A stretch of 64,000 nucleotides of DNA. Source: a bacterium. Lineage in GTDB: Bacteria > Krumholzibacteriota > Krumholzibacteriia > G020349025. The stretch is taken from contig JANLSU010000006.1 in the NCBI GenBank assembly GCA_031362565.1, positions 33,605 to 97,604 of the forward strand, given 5' to 3'. The translations under genes were made by a program, and so were the position numbers. Below are positions 45,901-55,410 of this stretch, one piece after another. Under the pieces are notes generated by a model that made no database searches, was not told the origin of the DNA, and worked only from the letters and a program-made list of their open reading frames with translations. The first letter of the stretch is position 1, and every line of letters begins with the position of its first letter.

Positions 45901-47562
45901 TCCTCCTGCCAGTGGAGCGCCGCGTCGCCGGTGGTGGGTGTGAACACGACGGCGGCCAGTCTCGCAGGATGGCCGCTCGACATGATCGATCCGACGGCGA
46001 GCAGTGAGGCGGTCGGTGACATCGATGGGGACGGCAGTCCGGAGGTCGTGACCGGCGACCTCGGGGTGTATGCGTGGCACGCCAACGGCCAAGAGGTACG
46101 CGATGGCGACGCCAACGCCACGACCGACGGCGTGTTCAGCCCGCTCGTCGGCACCATGAATGCGAGCGTGGCGCTGGCGGAGATCGATAACCAACCGGGG
46201 CTCGAGATCGTCGGTGCGAGCTGGGCCACGAATCGCATCTACGCGTGGAACAACCACGGCGATGTGCTGCCGGGCTGGCCGCGCGAACCGTTTCACGGCG
46301 GCAATCAAGGCTACTGGGCGAGCCCGGCGGTGGCGGATTTGGACGGCGATGGTGTGCCGGAGATTGTCGCGATCAGCAAGGACGGCAATCTGTACGCGTG
46401 GCATGCGAACGGCACGGGGATCTTGCCGGGGTACCCGGACGGCTTCGTACGCACGGTTGGGGCATGGACACAAACGACGCCGGCACTCGCAGACTTGGCC
46501 GGCAATGGCCAGCGCGAGATCATCGTCAGTGGCGCCTTGGCGCAGGTGTTCGTGATCCGCCCCGACGGCTCCGACTTCCCGGGGTGGCCGCAGAGTCTCT
46601 ACGCCCTCGGCAAGGGTTCGCCGGCGGTCGGCGATGTGGATGGCGACGGTGACTTGGAAATCGTTCTCACGTCCGAGAGCGATCACATGTACGTCTTCAA
46701 TGCCGACGGCACGCTGCTGCCGGGGTGGCCCCAGATCATTGCCGGGGATTCGCCCGACCTTGGACCGTCACCGGCGCTCGGCGATCTGGATGGCGACGGC
46801 AAGCTCGAGATCGTCGTCTGCTCGGTCAAGAACCCATTCACGTTCAGCAAGATTTACGTCTTGGATTCGACCGGAAACATTCTGTTCACCAAGCAACTCG
46901 AGACCAATTCACAGTCGTCACCGATTCTGGCTGACTTGGATGGCGATGGCGGCATCGACATCGTGCACGGGGGCGAGGCGGGCGTGCTGCACGCGTGGAA
47001 TTTGGCCGGCAACGAGTTGCCCGGATTTCCGATTCCGGTTGGCGACTACATTCGCGCCACGCCGCAGTATTGCGATCTCGACGGCGACGGCAAGGGCGAC
47101 TTGGTGCTCGCGGGTTGGAACAAGAAGGTCTACGCGTGGAAGATGACCGGTGCGTACCGGCCCGAGCGCGCGCCCTGGCCGATGTTCCACGGGAACGTCG
47201 CGCGCACCGGGTTCTTGCCGGGCAACTTCCCGACTGCGACGCTGGAAGTGCCCGTGGCGCGACGGCTGCGCGCCGAGTGGGCGCCGAACCCGTTCAATCC
47301 GAGCGTGACGTTGCAGCTCACAGTGCCGCAGGAGCGTCAGCCCCTCGGCACCGCCGGGCTCGTGGCCGTACGCGTCGAGGTGTTCGACGCCCGCGGCCGG
47401 CTCGTGCGCCGTTTGTTCGACGCCGCGTTGCCGCCCGGCTTGGCGCGCCTCACCTGGGACGGCCGCAATGACGCCGGTGCCAGACTCGGCAGCGGCGTGT
47501 ACCTCTACCGCGTGCGCGCCGGCACGCAAGCAACCTCCGGCAAGCTCGGCCTCGTGCGCTGA
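42922..47562 (+). CDS. Gingipain-like C25 cysteine peptidase with FN3, FG-GAP repeats and FlgD-Ig/T9SS-like C-terminal domain (start uncertain)
   Basis: YLIVT, YVLLGGD, ADMYF, catalytic NHLGHG and ANC; repeated GDLDGDG..EIV; PNPFNP C-terminal domain. Confidence 0.9.
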   Translation: MNSPAGMGAALPQRLPDVERQPSMRISRAKTIFANGLVPAAVAAAGMQAVVMPPTAVYASTHVSVSVSESAPASTSESSEAAWTPAFVVIPPGERAVQVHATIAGRGPVRAEITGTAGYRGYSVALVRIAPFALGSPPAPVVLQVDTAPARRELQPLVRLRPDMVQSQRASADVRALVANDADVDRFAPSALQMSSIHPAVRADRPRGFQPTSDPSLDGSGVRYLIVTTEALVPSFQILADWKTRRGVPTAIRSIEWIESRTRHGVDRAETLRNFLVEAYQLWGVEYVLLGGDTDLLPARFAYSNVFGGGTAPADMYFACLDGTWNADGDSKWGEGGLGAVPSEADILPELAVARAPVNDATQTVNFVLRVVGYETPLFADYQTRAAFMTEVLVPANWDSGQSISYNGAPTTELIISQSLPPAFTSDRLYDTYWQYPGSEKLLRTSSVAAMNSGVGIVNHLGHGFRYTMSCGNGSLVNADADALTNGGRTFVMCMANCAAVSFDYNCLAERFLLNPGGGAAAVIGAARSVSASLVTVYDRAFFRQLFEQGHVHVADLLNALRLERASLAELDGGDRWIQFSLNALADAEMSVFTGAVRFADVAHAPSVPVGPSTLAVTVQVGGVAVTGATVCAMKGNEVYSTAITNVAGQVQLPMMPATPGAIAVTVSGANLAQHVDSVQVVAAAGPAVALGGFSVDDDAVAPSAGNGDAAIDAGETIELTLAVVNHGGALADSVSAALSSGDPRVTVLQPDAFAGAVGPGATALAAPACVVQLAGSIPDGTTFDLPVHYTDRTGATWDDRVHLLVGAPRTEIVRVEAVHDIDPLHVFVNVSLKNYGSGQQPALAGTLTCSDPSVTIVSGSALAGPLAALGGGDAAPRFELQTPTPGVPPVELTFADAYGRTVDLHCDLKPPAAPAAPVADLAWAPGTVRLTWTPSTASDRLGYHVFRSSAAPATPAAATFDQLTPDVIHHADFYDTGVAANSHYDYYVVAVDSSCQWSAASPVVGVNTTAASLAGWPLDMIDPTASSEAVGDIDGDGSPEVVTGDLGVYAWHANGQEVRDGDANATTDGVFSPLVGTMNASVALAEIDNQPGLEIVGASWATNRIYAWNNHGDVLPGWPREPFHGGNQGYWASPAVADLDGDGVPEIVAISKDGNLYAWHANGTGILPGYPDGFVRTVGAWTQTTPALADLAGNGQREIIVSGALAQVFVIRPDGSDFPGWPQSLYALGKGSPAVGDVDGDGDLEIVLTSESDHMYVFNADGTLLPGWPQIIAGDSPDLGPSPALGDLDGDGKLEIVVCSVKNPFTFSKIYVLDSTGNILFTKQLETNSQSSPILADLDGDGGIDIVHGGEAGVLHAWNLAGNELPGFPIPVGDYIRATPQYCDLDGDGKGDLVLAGWNKKVYAWKMTGAYRPERAPWPMFHGNVARTGFLPGNFPTATLEVPVARRLRAEWAPNPFNPSVTLQLTVPQERQPLGTAGLVAVRVEVFDARGRLVRRLFDAALPPGLARLTWDGRNDAGARLGSGVYLYRVRAGTQATSGKLGLVR

Positions 47563-47699
47563 CGAGCGCGCGTGTCCAAGCCCCCTTCGGTCCCATCGCC
47601 CCTCTGTAATGCCGGGGTGTTGTGGCAAGGCGCTCCGCCCCTTATCATTCAGGATCTACGGTCCGAACCTCGCCGCGGCCGGTCTCATGGGAGTTTTTC

Positions 47700-49694
47700 A
47701 TGATGGGCATCCGGAAGGCGGCATGGCGCCCGGGCGGCCTCGCGGTGGGGCCGGCGGCGGCGCTCGCGCTCTGGCTTTGGGCCGGGCTGGCGGCCCCGGT
47801 TCGGGCGCAGAACTTCGTGAACATGGAGTTGTTGAGCCAGACGAACGACTTTGGCGGTGGGCGCGCCGGTGGCTATGCCTCGTGCTGGGGGTATACAGCG
47901 CCGGACGGCACCGAACTGGCGATCATTGGCACCATCACCGGCACCGACATCTACGACGCCACGAATCCCCGGAATCCGGTCATGGTCGGCTCCTTCGAGG
48001 GACCGCATTCGACGTGGCGCGAGATGCAAACCTGGTCGCATTACCTCTATGTCGTGACCGAAGGTGGCCAGCCGCGCACCGGCATGCAGATCATCGATCT
48101 CGCCGTGCCGCGGCAACCGCGCTATGTGGGCAACTACGACTCGACGTTCGCGACCTGCCACACGGTGCAGATTCGCGATGGCTTCGCCTACATGAATGGC
48201 ACCAACAACGGGCTGCGGATTCTGGATCTCGCCGACCCGGAGCATCCGCGCGACGTCGGCAGTTGGCACGCGCGCTATGTACACGACAGCTTCGCGCGCG
48301 GCGATCGCCTGTATGTCGCAACCCTCGCCAGCGGCTTTGGGATTCTGGATATCAGCGACAAGACAAACCCGCGCGAGATCGGGTCCATGAACTACGGCGG
48401 CGCCTTCACGCACAACTGCGGCACGAGCCAGGACGGCAAGTACCTGTACACGACGGATGAAACCCCGGGCGGCCACCTCCACGTGTGGAATGTGCAGGAA
48501 CCCCTCAACATCGTCGAAGTCGCCGAGTGGACCGCGAATCAGAACGGCATCATTCACAATGTGATCGTGCGCGGCGATTCGGCTTACATCGCGTACTACA
48601 CCGAGGGTGTGCAGGTGCTCAATATCACCAGCCCCTCCAATCCGCAGCTCGTGGGCTACTACGACACGTATCCGGGCGCGTCGGGCGGGTTCCAGGGCAA
48701 CTGGGGCGTCTACCCGTTGGCGCGGAGCGGCAATATTTACGCCAGCGACATCGAAGGCGGCTTGTTCATCGTCAAGCTGGGTGGCGGCAGTAACCCCATC
48801 GTCGATTTCAACGTCGATGCGCCCGAGGCACAGCGGCTGCAGCCCGGACAATCGCAGGCCCTCTTGTTCTTCGACGTGTTCAACGGCTCCAGTGGGTTGC
48901 GCATTTTCGATCTCGTGGCGACCAGCACCAACGGCTGGCCGCTGACGGCACCCGCGTCCGTCAACGTGCCGCGGAGCGGCGTCGAGCCGGTTCTCGTCAC
49001 GGTGCAGGTGCCCAGCGGATTCACCGGGCCGGCGCGTACCGATGTCGAACTTTGCGTGACGCAGCGCACGACAGGGTTTCGAATTTGCAAGCGAACCAAG
49101 GTCGCAGTGCCGGTGACGCTGCAAGGGTTCACCGCGAACGCCACCGCCGGCGGCGTGGAGTTGCAGTGGCAATTGGCGCGCGAAGTCACCGACACCGGAA
49201 GCCTGTTGTTGCAGCGTGCGCCGGTGGATGAATCGGCCCCCGCCCTGGATGCGGCGTTCGAAACGCGCGCCACGCTCGGCCTGACGCCGGGCGCCGGCCG
49301 GTGGCTCGACACGGGCGTCGACTTGGGCGCCGCATACGAGTACCGGCTGGTGCTCGTGGGCACGGACGGCGGCAATCACGTTCTCGGTTCAACGCGCGTC
49401 GACTTGGCGGCCCCGGCGCACTCGCGGCTTCTGGGCACCGCGCCGAATCCATTCAACCCGTCGACGCGAATTCGCTTCGAACTGGCCCGGGCGGGCGATG
49501 TGGAGTGCGACGTGCATGACGCCCGGGGCCGGCTCGTGCAGCGGTTCACGGCGCGCGATCTTGGCGCCGGCGAACACGCGCTCGTGTGGGACGGCCGCGA
49601 TGCACGCGGGGTGCGGCAACCGAGCGGCGTGTATTTGTTCGAACTGCGGAGTGGCGCATGGACGGCCCGCGGGCGCATGACGTTGGCCAAGTGA
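47700..49694 (+). CDS. Choice-of-anchor B / LVIVD-repeat secreted protein with FlgD-Ig C-terminal domain (paralog 1)
   Basis: CWGY...G.E.AIIG, WREM.T, YVHD, THN, TTDE, HN, YYTEG, WGVYP, SDI; PNPFNP. Confidence 0.88.
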   Translation: MMGIRKAAWRPGGLAVGPAAALALWLWAGLAAPVRAQNFVNMELLSQTNDFGGGRAGGYASCWGYTAPDGTELAIIGTITGTDIYDATNPRNPVMVGSFEGPHSTWREMQTWSHYLYVVTEGGQPRTGMQIIDLAVPRQPRYVGNYDSTFATCHTVQIRDGFAYMNGTNNGLRILDLADPEHPRDVGSWHARYVHDSFARGDRLYVATLASGFGILDISDKTNPREIGSMNYGGAFTHNCGTSQDGKYLYTTDETPGGHLHVWNVQEPLNIVEVAEWTANQNGIIHNVIVRGDSAYIAYYTEGVQVLNITSPSNPQLVGYYDTYPGASGGFQGNWGVYPLARSGNIYASDIEGGLFIVKLGGGSNPIVDFNVDAPEAQRLQPGQSQALLFFDVFNGSSGLRIFDLVATSTNGWPLTAPASVNVPRSGVEPVLVTVQVPSGFTGPARTDVELCVTQRTTGFRICKRTKVAVPVTLQGFTANATAGGVELQWQLAREVTDTGSLLLQRAPVDESAPALDAAFETRATLGLTPGAGRWLDTGVDLGAAYEYRLVLVGTDGGNHVLGSTRVDLAAPAHSRLLGTAPNPFNPSTRIRFELARAGDVECDVHDARGRLVQRFTARDLGAGEHALVWDGRDARGVRQPSGVYLFELRSGAWTARGRMTLAK

Positions 49695-51334
49695 GACGGC
49701 TCTGGCGGGCCGCGCTCGTCCGCGGCTCCGTCGTCACATCGGTCGCATGGCTCGGCGCCGCCACGGCCCACGCCCACCTCAACGCCGATCTTCTCGCCCA
49801 TCTCCCGTACACCCAGTCGGCGGGAGTTTGGGGTTATTCGGCGCCGAATGGTGTCGAACTGGCCATCATCGGCACTTTGACCGGCACATCGTTCGTGGAC
49901 GTCACCGATCCGGCAACGGCGCACGAGGTGGCGTTCATTCCCGGGAACATTTCGCAGTGGCGGGAAATCCGCACCTGGTTGCACTACGCCTATATCACCA
50001 CCGAGGGCCGGCCGTCAGCACCCGACGGGCCGGCCGGCCTGCAGATCGTCGACTTGGCCGATCCCGCGCATCCGGTCCTCAGCGGGTACTACAACGAGAC
50101 GTTCACGACCGCCCACTCCATCGGGATTTACGAAGGCTACGCGTACATCAACGGCTCGAAGTACGGCAATCCGAGCGCCGGGATGCGCATCCTGAGTCTC
50201 GCGGACCCGGTGCATCCGGTCGACGTCGGCGCCTATACGCAGCGCTATGTCCATGATTGTTACGTGCGCGGCAACATCGGCTACTTGTGTTGCATCGGAG
50301 TCGGCTTGGCGATCGTCGATCTCACCGACAAGGCGCATCCGCACGAACTCAGTTTCAGCACCTATCTGACCGCCGCGACGCACAACGCCGCGTTGTCGCC
50401 CGACGGCAGGCTCTTGTACACGACGGACGAGACGCCCGGCGGGCGAGTGCGAATTTGGGACATCGTTCAGCCCACAGCACCATTCCAAGAGGGTGAGTGG
50501 TGGGCGCACCCGGTCGCTTCGGTCCACAACATCATCGTGCAAGGGGATTCCGCCTACGTGTCGTATTACACGGAAGGTGTCATGGTGCTCGACCTGCAAC
50601 AGCAGGATCTGCCGCGGGTCGTGGCGGCATACGACACGTATCCCGGCATTGCCGGCGGTTTCAACGGTTGCTGGGGTGTGTACCCGTGCCGCCGCACCGG
50701 CAACATCTACGCGAGCGACATCCTTGGCGGCCTGTTCGTGATCGGCTTGCGGCCGCAAGTTGCGACGACGCTGCAGTCCTTCGAAGCGCACGCCGTCCCG
50801 GCAGGTGTGACGCTGGATTGGACGCTGGCCCGCGACGCGCAGGATGCGGGTGCATTGGTCGTCCAGCGTGCCGAGCGGCGAACGCGGGACGCGCCGTTCG
50901 GCGCCGCGGCGTTCCGGGCCCGTTTGCCGTTCGAATCGGCTCGCTGGCAGGATCGCGACATCCAACCGGGTGGCCTCTATTCGTACCGGCTGCTGCTCGA
51001 CACCCGCGGGGCGTTGCGGTCGCTTGGCGAAGTGGCGGTGGAGGTAGCGGCGCCGGCCGTCTCGAGGCTCCTGGGCGCGGCACCGAATCCCTTCAATCCG
51101 CGCACCCAGATTCGTTTCGAGTTGGCGCGCGCCGGCGATGTTCGGCTGCGCATCTTCGATGCCCGCGGCCGGCTTCTTCGAACGCTGTGTGCGTCTGGAT
51201 TGACGCCCGGCGCACATGCGGTCGAGTGGGACGGGCGGGATGCGGCCGGGCGTGGCGTCCCGAGCGGGGCTTACGGGTGCGAGCTGGAAAGCGGCGCCTG
51301 GCGGGCGCGAGCCCGGCTCGTGCTCGCGAAATAG
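49691..51334 (+). CDS. Choice-of-anchor B / LVIVD-repeat secreted protein with FlgD-Ig C-terminal domain (paralog 2)
   Basis: Same motif series as the upstream paralog; GTGA start/stop overlap. Confidence 0.88.
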   Translation: MRRLWRAALVRGSVVTSVAWLGAATAHAHLNADLLAHLPYTQSAGVWGYSAPNGVELAIIGTLTGTSFVDVTDPATAHEVAFIPGNISQWREIRTWLHYAYITTEGRPSAPDGPAGLQIVDLADPAHPVLSGYYNETFTTAHSIGIYEGYAYINGSKYGNPSAGMRILSLADPVHPVDVGAYTQRYVHDCYVRGNIGYLCCIGVGLAIVDLTDKAHPHELSFSTYLTAATHNAALSPDGRLLYTTDETPGGRVRIWDIVQPTAPFQEGEWWAHPVASVHNIIVQGDSAYVSYYTEGVMVLDLQQQDLPRVVAAYDTYPGIAGGFNGCWGVYPCRRTGNIYASDILGGLFVIGLRPQVATTLQSFEAHAVPAGVTLDWTLARDAQDAGALVVQRAERRTRDAPFGAAAFRARLPFESARWQDRDIQPGGLYSYRLLLDTRGALRSLGEVAVEVAAPAVSRLLGAAPNPFNPRTQIRFELARAGDVRLRIFDARGRLLRTLCASGLTPGAHAVEWDGRDAAGRGVPSGAYGCELESGAWRARARLVLAK

Positions 51335-51611
51335 GGTGTCGTGCCGCTCGAGGCGGACGCGTTTCGGCCCGGGCAACGCCTCAAAATCGGGCCCCAGGGA
51401 CCACGGCGGACAAAGCCCGGAGACCCCAAATAAGGCCCACAACGGCGGGGCGGAACTTCGCGGCGCGGCGCAGTGTAGCACCCCTTGGGTAAAACCATCC
51501 GCGGCGCCACCTCATGCTTTGATCGCCCGGCGCTCCAGAGTATGCTAAGTGGTTGTTTTTTCGAGCCGCGCCGTGGCCGACGCGCCGCCGCGAAGTTTCC
51601 AGAGGAGGCCC

Positions 51612-52598
51612 ATGGATCCGCAGATCGCCGTCATCAACGAGCGCATCAAAGAAGAGTCGGCATTCGTCGACGAATTGCTGACCGAAATCGGCAAGGTCAT
51701 CGTCGGCCAGCGCTACATGGTGGAACGGCTCGTCGTGGGCCTTTTGGCCAACGGCCACGTGCTCCTGGAAGGCGTGCCCGGGCTGGCGAAGACCCTGACC
51801 GTCAAAACTCTGGCGCAAACCATTCAGGCGCGGTTTCAGCGCGTGCAGTTCACGCCGGATCTGCTGCCCGCCGACCTCATCGGCACCATGATCTACAGCC
51901 AGAAGGATGGCGCCTTCTCGGTGAAGAAGGGTCCGATCTTCGCCAATTTCATTTTGGCGGACGAAATCAACCGGGCGCCCGCCAAGGTGCAGAGCGCGCT
52001 CCTGGAAGCCATGCAGGAACGCCAGGTGACGATCGGCGAGAACACGTTTCCGCTCGACCATCCGTTTCTGGTCCTTGCGACCCAGAATCCCATCGAGCAG
52101 GAAGGTACGTATCCGCTGCCGGAAGCGCAGATCGACCGCTTCATGCTGAAACTGCGGGTGGGGTATCCGAACAAGCAGGAAGAGCGGCAGATCATGGATC
52201 GTGTCGCCACCGACTCGTTGCCGCAACTGCACCCCATCGTCTCGCCGGAGCGCATCACGCGGGCGCAAAAAGTCGTGACGCAGATCTACATGGACGAAAA
52301 GGTGAAGGACTACATCATCAATATCGTCTTCGCGACGCGCGACCCGGCTTCGTACGGCCTCGACATCAAGAATTTGATCGCCTACGGCGCCTCGCCGCGC
52401 GCCAGTGTGTACCTGGCGCTCGCGTCACGGGCGCATGCTTTCCTGCGCGGCCGCGGCTATGTGACGCCGGAAGACGTCAAGGCGATCGGCATGGACGTGC
52501 TGCGCCACCGCGTCATTCCCACTTACGAAGCCGAAGCCGAGTCGGTGACGTCCGAAGACCTCGTGAAGCGCATCTTCGATTTCGTCGAAGTGCCCTGA
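51612..52598 (+). CDS. moxR: MoxR family AAA+ ATPase
   Basis: EGVPGLAKT, QFTPDLLPAD, ADEINRAPAKVQSALLEAM, ATQNPIEQEGTYPLPEAQ. Confidence 0.96.
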   Translation: MDPQIAVINERIKEESAFVDELLTEIGKVIVGQRYMVERLVVGLLANGHVLLEGVPGLAKTLTVKTLAQTIQARFQRVQFTPDLLPADLIGTMIYSQKDGAFSVKKGPIFANFILADEINRAPAKVQSALLEAMQERQVTIGENTFPLDHPFLVLATQNPIEQEGTYPLPEAQIDRFMLKLRVGYPNKQEERQIMDRVATDSLPQLHPIVSPERITRAQKVVTQIYMDEKVKDYIINIVFATRDPASYGLDIKNLIAYGASPRASVYLALASRAHAFLRGRGYVTPEDVKAIGMDVLRHRVIPTYEAEAESVTSEDLVKRIFDFVEVP

Positions 52599-52627
52599 GC
52601 ATCGTGACACCTCAAGGAGACCTCGCC

Positions 52628-53431
52628 ATGAAATTCGCCGCGTGCACTGCGTTCTGCCTCGCCGGGTGGGTGACTGCCGCAAACGCCGACGTGGTGTATA
52701 CACTGCAGGCCAAGCAAATGCTCATGACCCCGCCGAGCACCAGCACGATCCAGTTGAGCCTTTCGGCCGATAAGATGGCGGTCGAGCCCGAGCCCGGTAC
52801 CAAGGGGCCGCACATGGTTTTCCGGGCCGACAAGAATCTCTTGTGGACCATGGATCCGTCGACCAAGACCTACGTCGAGATGAACGGCGAGATGATGAAG
52901 AGTCTGGCGGCGGAAATAGCGCCGGCGATGGCGCAAATGCAAGAGCAGCTCAAAGCCTTGCCGCCCGACCAGCGCGCCAAAGCCGAAGAGATGATGAAAG
53001 GGCAAATGGGCGGCAGTGCAGACGGCAAGGAGCCGGTGGTCGAAATCAAGAACACCGGCGAGAAGCAGACGATCGCCGGTTACACGTGCACGCATTGGGA
53101 CGTGTTCCGGGACGGCACCAAGTTGAGCGAGGTGTGGGCCGCGGATTGGAGCGCCGCGCACGTCAAGAAGGAAGACTTCGCGGTGCTGAAGTCGATGGGA
53201 AAGTTCATGGACGACTTGCGCAAGGCATCGCCGGTGATGCGCCGCAACAACGACGCGGTCATCGAAATGACCCGGGTGGACGGCTTCCCGGTGTTGGTGC
53301 GGCAGTACACGAATGGCAAGCTCACCGGCGAGACGGCGCTGCAAAAGGTCGAATCGAAGAGCATCGATGCCAGCACCTTCGAGCTGCCGAAGGACTACAC
53401 CGAACGCAAAATCGGGCGGCCGAAGGAATGA
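52628..53431 (+). CDS. DUF4412-like secreted protein
   Basis: Signal peptide, TGEKQTIAGYTC, GFPV, FELP.DY; AAGGAG RBS. Confidence 0.8.
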   Translation: MKFAACTAFCLAGWVTAANADVVYTLQAKQMLMTPPSTSTIQLSLSADKMAVEPEPGTKGPHMVFRADKNLLWTMDPSTKTYVEMNGEMMKSLAAEIAPAMAQMQEQLKALPPDQRAKAEEMMKGQMGGSADGKEPVVEIKNTGEKQTIAGYTCTHWDVFRDGTKLSEVWAADWSAAHVKKEDFAVLKSMGKFMDDLRKASPVMRRNNDAVIEMTRVDGFPVLVRQYTNGKLTGETALQKVESKSIDASTFELPKDYTERKIGRPKE

Positions 53432-53444
53432 GAAGGATCTTTTC

Positions 53445-54269
53445 ATGAAACACGCCTTCCTGTTCTTGGGTGCCGTCCTGTGCGTCGCGACCAGCGCGCG
53501 CGCCGATCTCGTCGTGGGTTTTCAGGAGCGCAAGCTCGCTGGCGATGTGACGACCGAGGCCACCGGTGAGATCACCATGGGCAAGGATCGCATGGCGGCT
53601 GGAATGGACGGCGTCAAAGGGGCGCCGGCGCCGGTGCGCTACGTGTATCGCGGCGACTTGCAAGTGCTCTGGACGGAGCAACCGCTCTGGAAGTGGTATT
53701 CGCAAGAGGACAGCGTGATGGCGGCGGCGGCGCGCTCCATTCACAAGGGCGACACGCCGGACGACGTGGAAGCGCGCATCCTGCAGCGTCCCGCCGCGGA
53801 GCGCGCCCAGGCCGAAGCCGACGAACGCGCGCGCCAGGCGGCGGCCACGGCCGCCACGGCGGCAGCTGCCGCAGTGCACTTCAGCGCCGCCAATGTCACT
53901 GAAACGATCGGCGGCTTCGCTTGCAGCCGTTGGGACGCAGCAGCCCTGCACGCCGCGGGCGCGCAACCCGAATGGCGCGTTGAACTGTGGGTTGCGCCGT
54001 GGAGCGCGGTGGGGATCACGCCCGAGGAATGCGCCGTGGCGTTGGACATGGGGCGGACCCTGGAACATTGGTGGGGAGGTACGCCGGCCGACGGCCGGCT
54101 GGTGTTCGCATTGCGGGCGTTGCCGCAGGTTGGCGGCTTCCCGGTCTGTCTCCGCCAGTTTCGCGACGGCAAGCTCGTCACCGAGTACACGTTCACGGGT
54201 GTACGGCGGCAGGATGTGACGCCCGGGCTGTACGTGCTCCCGCCGGGATTTGTCCGGCGCGAAGGATGA
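53445..54269 (+). CDS. DUF4412-like secreted protein (divergent paralog)
   Basis: Signal peptide, ETIGGFAC..W, GFPVCLRQ..DGKL, Y.LPPGF. Confidence 0.7.
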   Translation: MKHAFLFLGAVLCVATSARADLVVGFQERKLAGDVTTEATGEITMGKDRMAAGMDGVKGAPAPVRYVYRGDLQVLWTEQPLWKWYSQEDSVMAAAARSIHKGDTPDDVEARILQRPAAERAQAEADERARQAAATAATAAAAAVHFSAANVTETIGGFACSRWDAAALHAAGAQPEWRVELWVAPWSAVGITPEECAVALDMGRTLEHWWGGTPADGRLVFALRALPQVGGFPVCLRQFRDGKLVTEYTFTGVRRQDVTPGLYVLPPGFVRREG

Positions 54270-54423
54270 CACACACACCACGGCGTTCGACGCTGACTCG
54301 CGCGGAGGCTTCAAGGCTTTGACGCCGGCGTTCTGGACACGACTCACGGGCCGCAAGAACGGCCGCACCGGCCGCACCGCTGCGGGGCGCACCGATGCCG
54401 GTGCCGCATCGCCGCTCGCGACG

Positions 54424-55398
54424 ATGCCGCGCGGCAAAGCGGCGCGCGCCCGGGCGTTTCAAGATTTGCGCTCGGTGCGCCGCGCGCGTCTCGAGCAGAG
54501 TGCCGCAGGCGGCAGCGCGAAGCGCATCCCTCCCGAGGTGTTGCAGAAGGTGCAGCGGCTCGAAATCCAAATGAAACACCTCGTGAACGACGTGTTTTCA
54601 GGCGAGTACCACAGTGTTTTCAAAGGCCGCGGCATGGAATTCGCGGAAGTGCGCGAGTACATGCCGGGCGACGACATTCGGACCATCGACTGGAATGTGA
54701 CGGCGCGGCTCAATCTGCCCTTCGTCAAGAAATACGTCGAAGAGCGTGAACTCACAGTGGTGCTGGCCGTCGACCTTTCGGCGTCGGGCGTGTTCGGATC
54801 CGGCAGCCAGTTGAAGCGCGATCTGGCCGTCGAAGTGTGCTCCATCCTGGCGTTTGCGGCGATCAAGAACAACGACAAGGTCGGGTGTGCGCTCTTTACC
54901 GATGATGTGGAATTGTTCATTCCACCGCGCAAGGGCCGCCAGCATGTGCTGCGCGTGATCCGCGAGCTGTTGTATTTCAAACCGGACGGCTCCGGCACGA
55001 ACATGACGGCGGCGCTGCAAATGCTGGGGCGCGTCTTGAAGCGTAAGAGCGTGCTCTTCGTGGTGTCGGACTTCTTGGACCCCAACTTCGAGGCGCCGCT
55101 CTCGGTCCTGGCGCGGCGGCACGATGTCGTCCCGATCGTGGTGACCGATGCGCGTGAAGAAGATATTCGCAATGTCGGGCTCGTGGACCTGGTGGATGCG
55201 GAAACCGGCGAGACCGTGACCGTGGATACCAGCAGCGCGGCGGCCATCGAACGCTTCGCGCGGCGGGCGCGCCGGGTGAAGGCCTGGCGGGAGCGCATCT
55301 TCAAGAAGCAGGCGCTGGACGCCATCGAAATTCGCACCGACACGCCGTATGTCGTGCCGTTGATGCAGTTTTTCCGCCGGCGTGCACGCCGGCATTGA
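54424..55398 (+). CDS. DUF58 (VWA-like) protein of the MoxR operon (start uncertain)
   Basis: GEYHSVFKGRGMEFAEVREY.PGDDIRTIDWNVTAR, VDLSAS, SDF. Confidence 0.92.
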   Translation: MPRGKAARARAFQDLRSVRRARLEQSAAGGSAKRIPPEVLQKVQRLEIQMKHLVNDVFSGEYHSVFKGRGMEFAEVREYMPGDDIRTIDWNVTARLNLPFVKKYVEERELTVVLAVDLSASGVFGSGSQLKRDLAVEVCSILAFAAIKNNDKVGCALFTDDVELFIPPRKGRQHVLRVIRELLYFKPDGSGTNMTAALQMLGRVLKRKSVLFVVSDFLDPNFEAPLSVLARRHDVVPIVVTDAREEDIRNVGLVDLVDAETGETVTVDTSSAAAIERFARRARRVKAWRERIFKKQALDAIEIRTDTPYVVPLMQFFRRRARRH

Positions 55399-55410
55399 CG
55401 GAGGCTTCCC

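Noticed and set aside
51485..52627. N-terminal 381 aa of the 648-aa ORF overlapping moxR
   Set aside because: An alternative-frame run-through; the real gene starts at 52628 after AAGGAG with a signal peptide.
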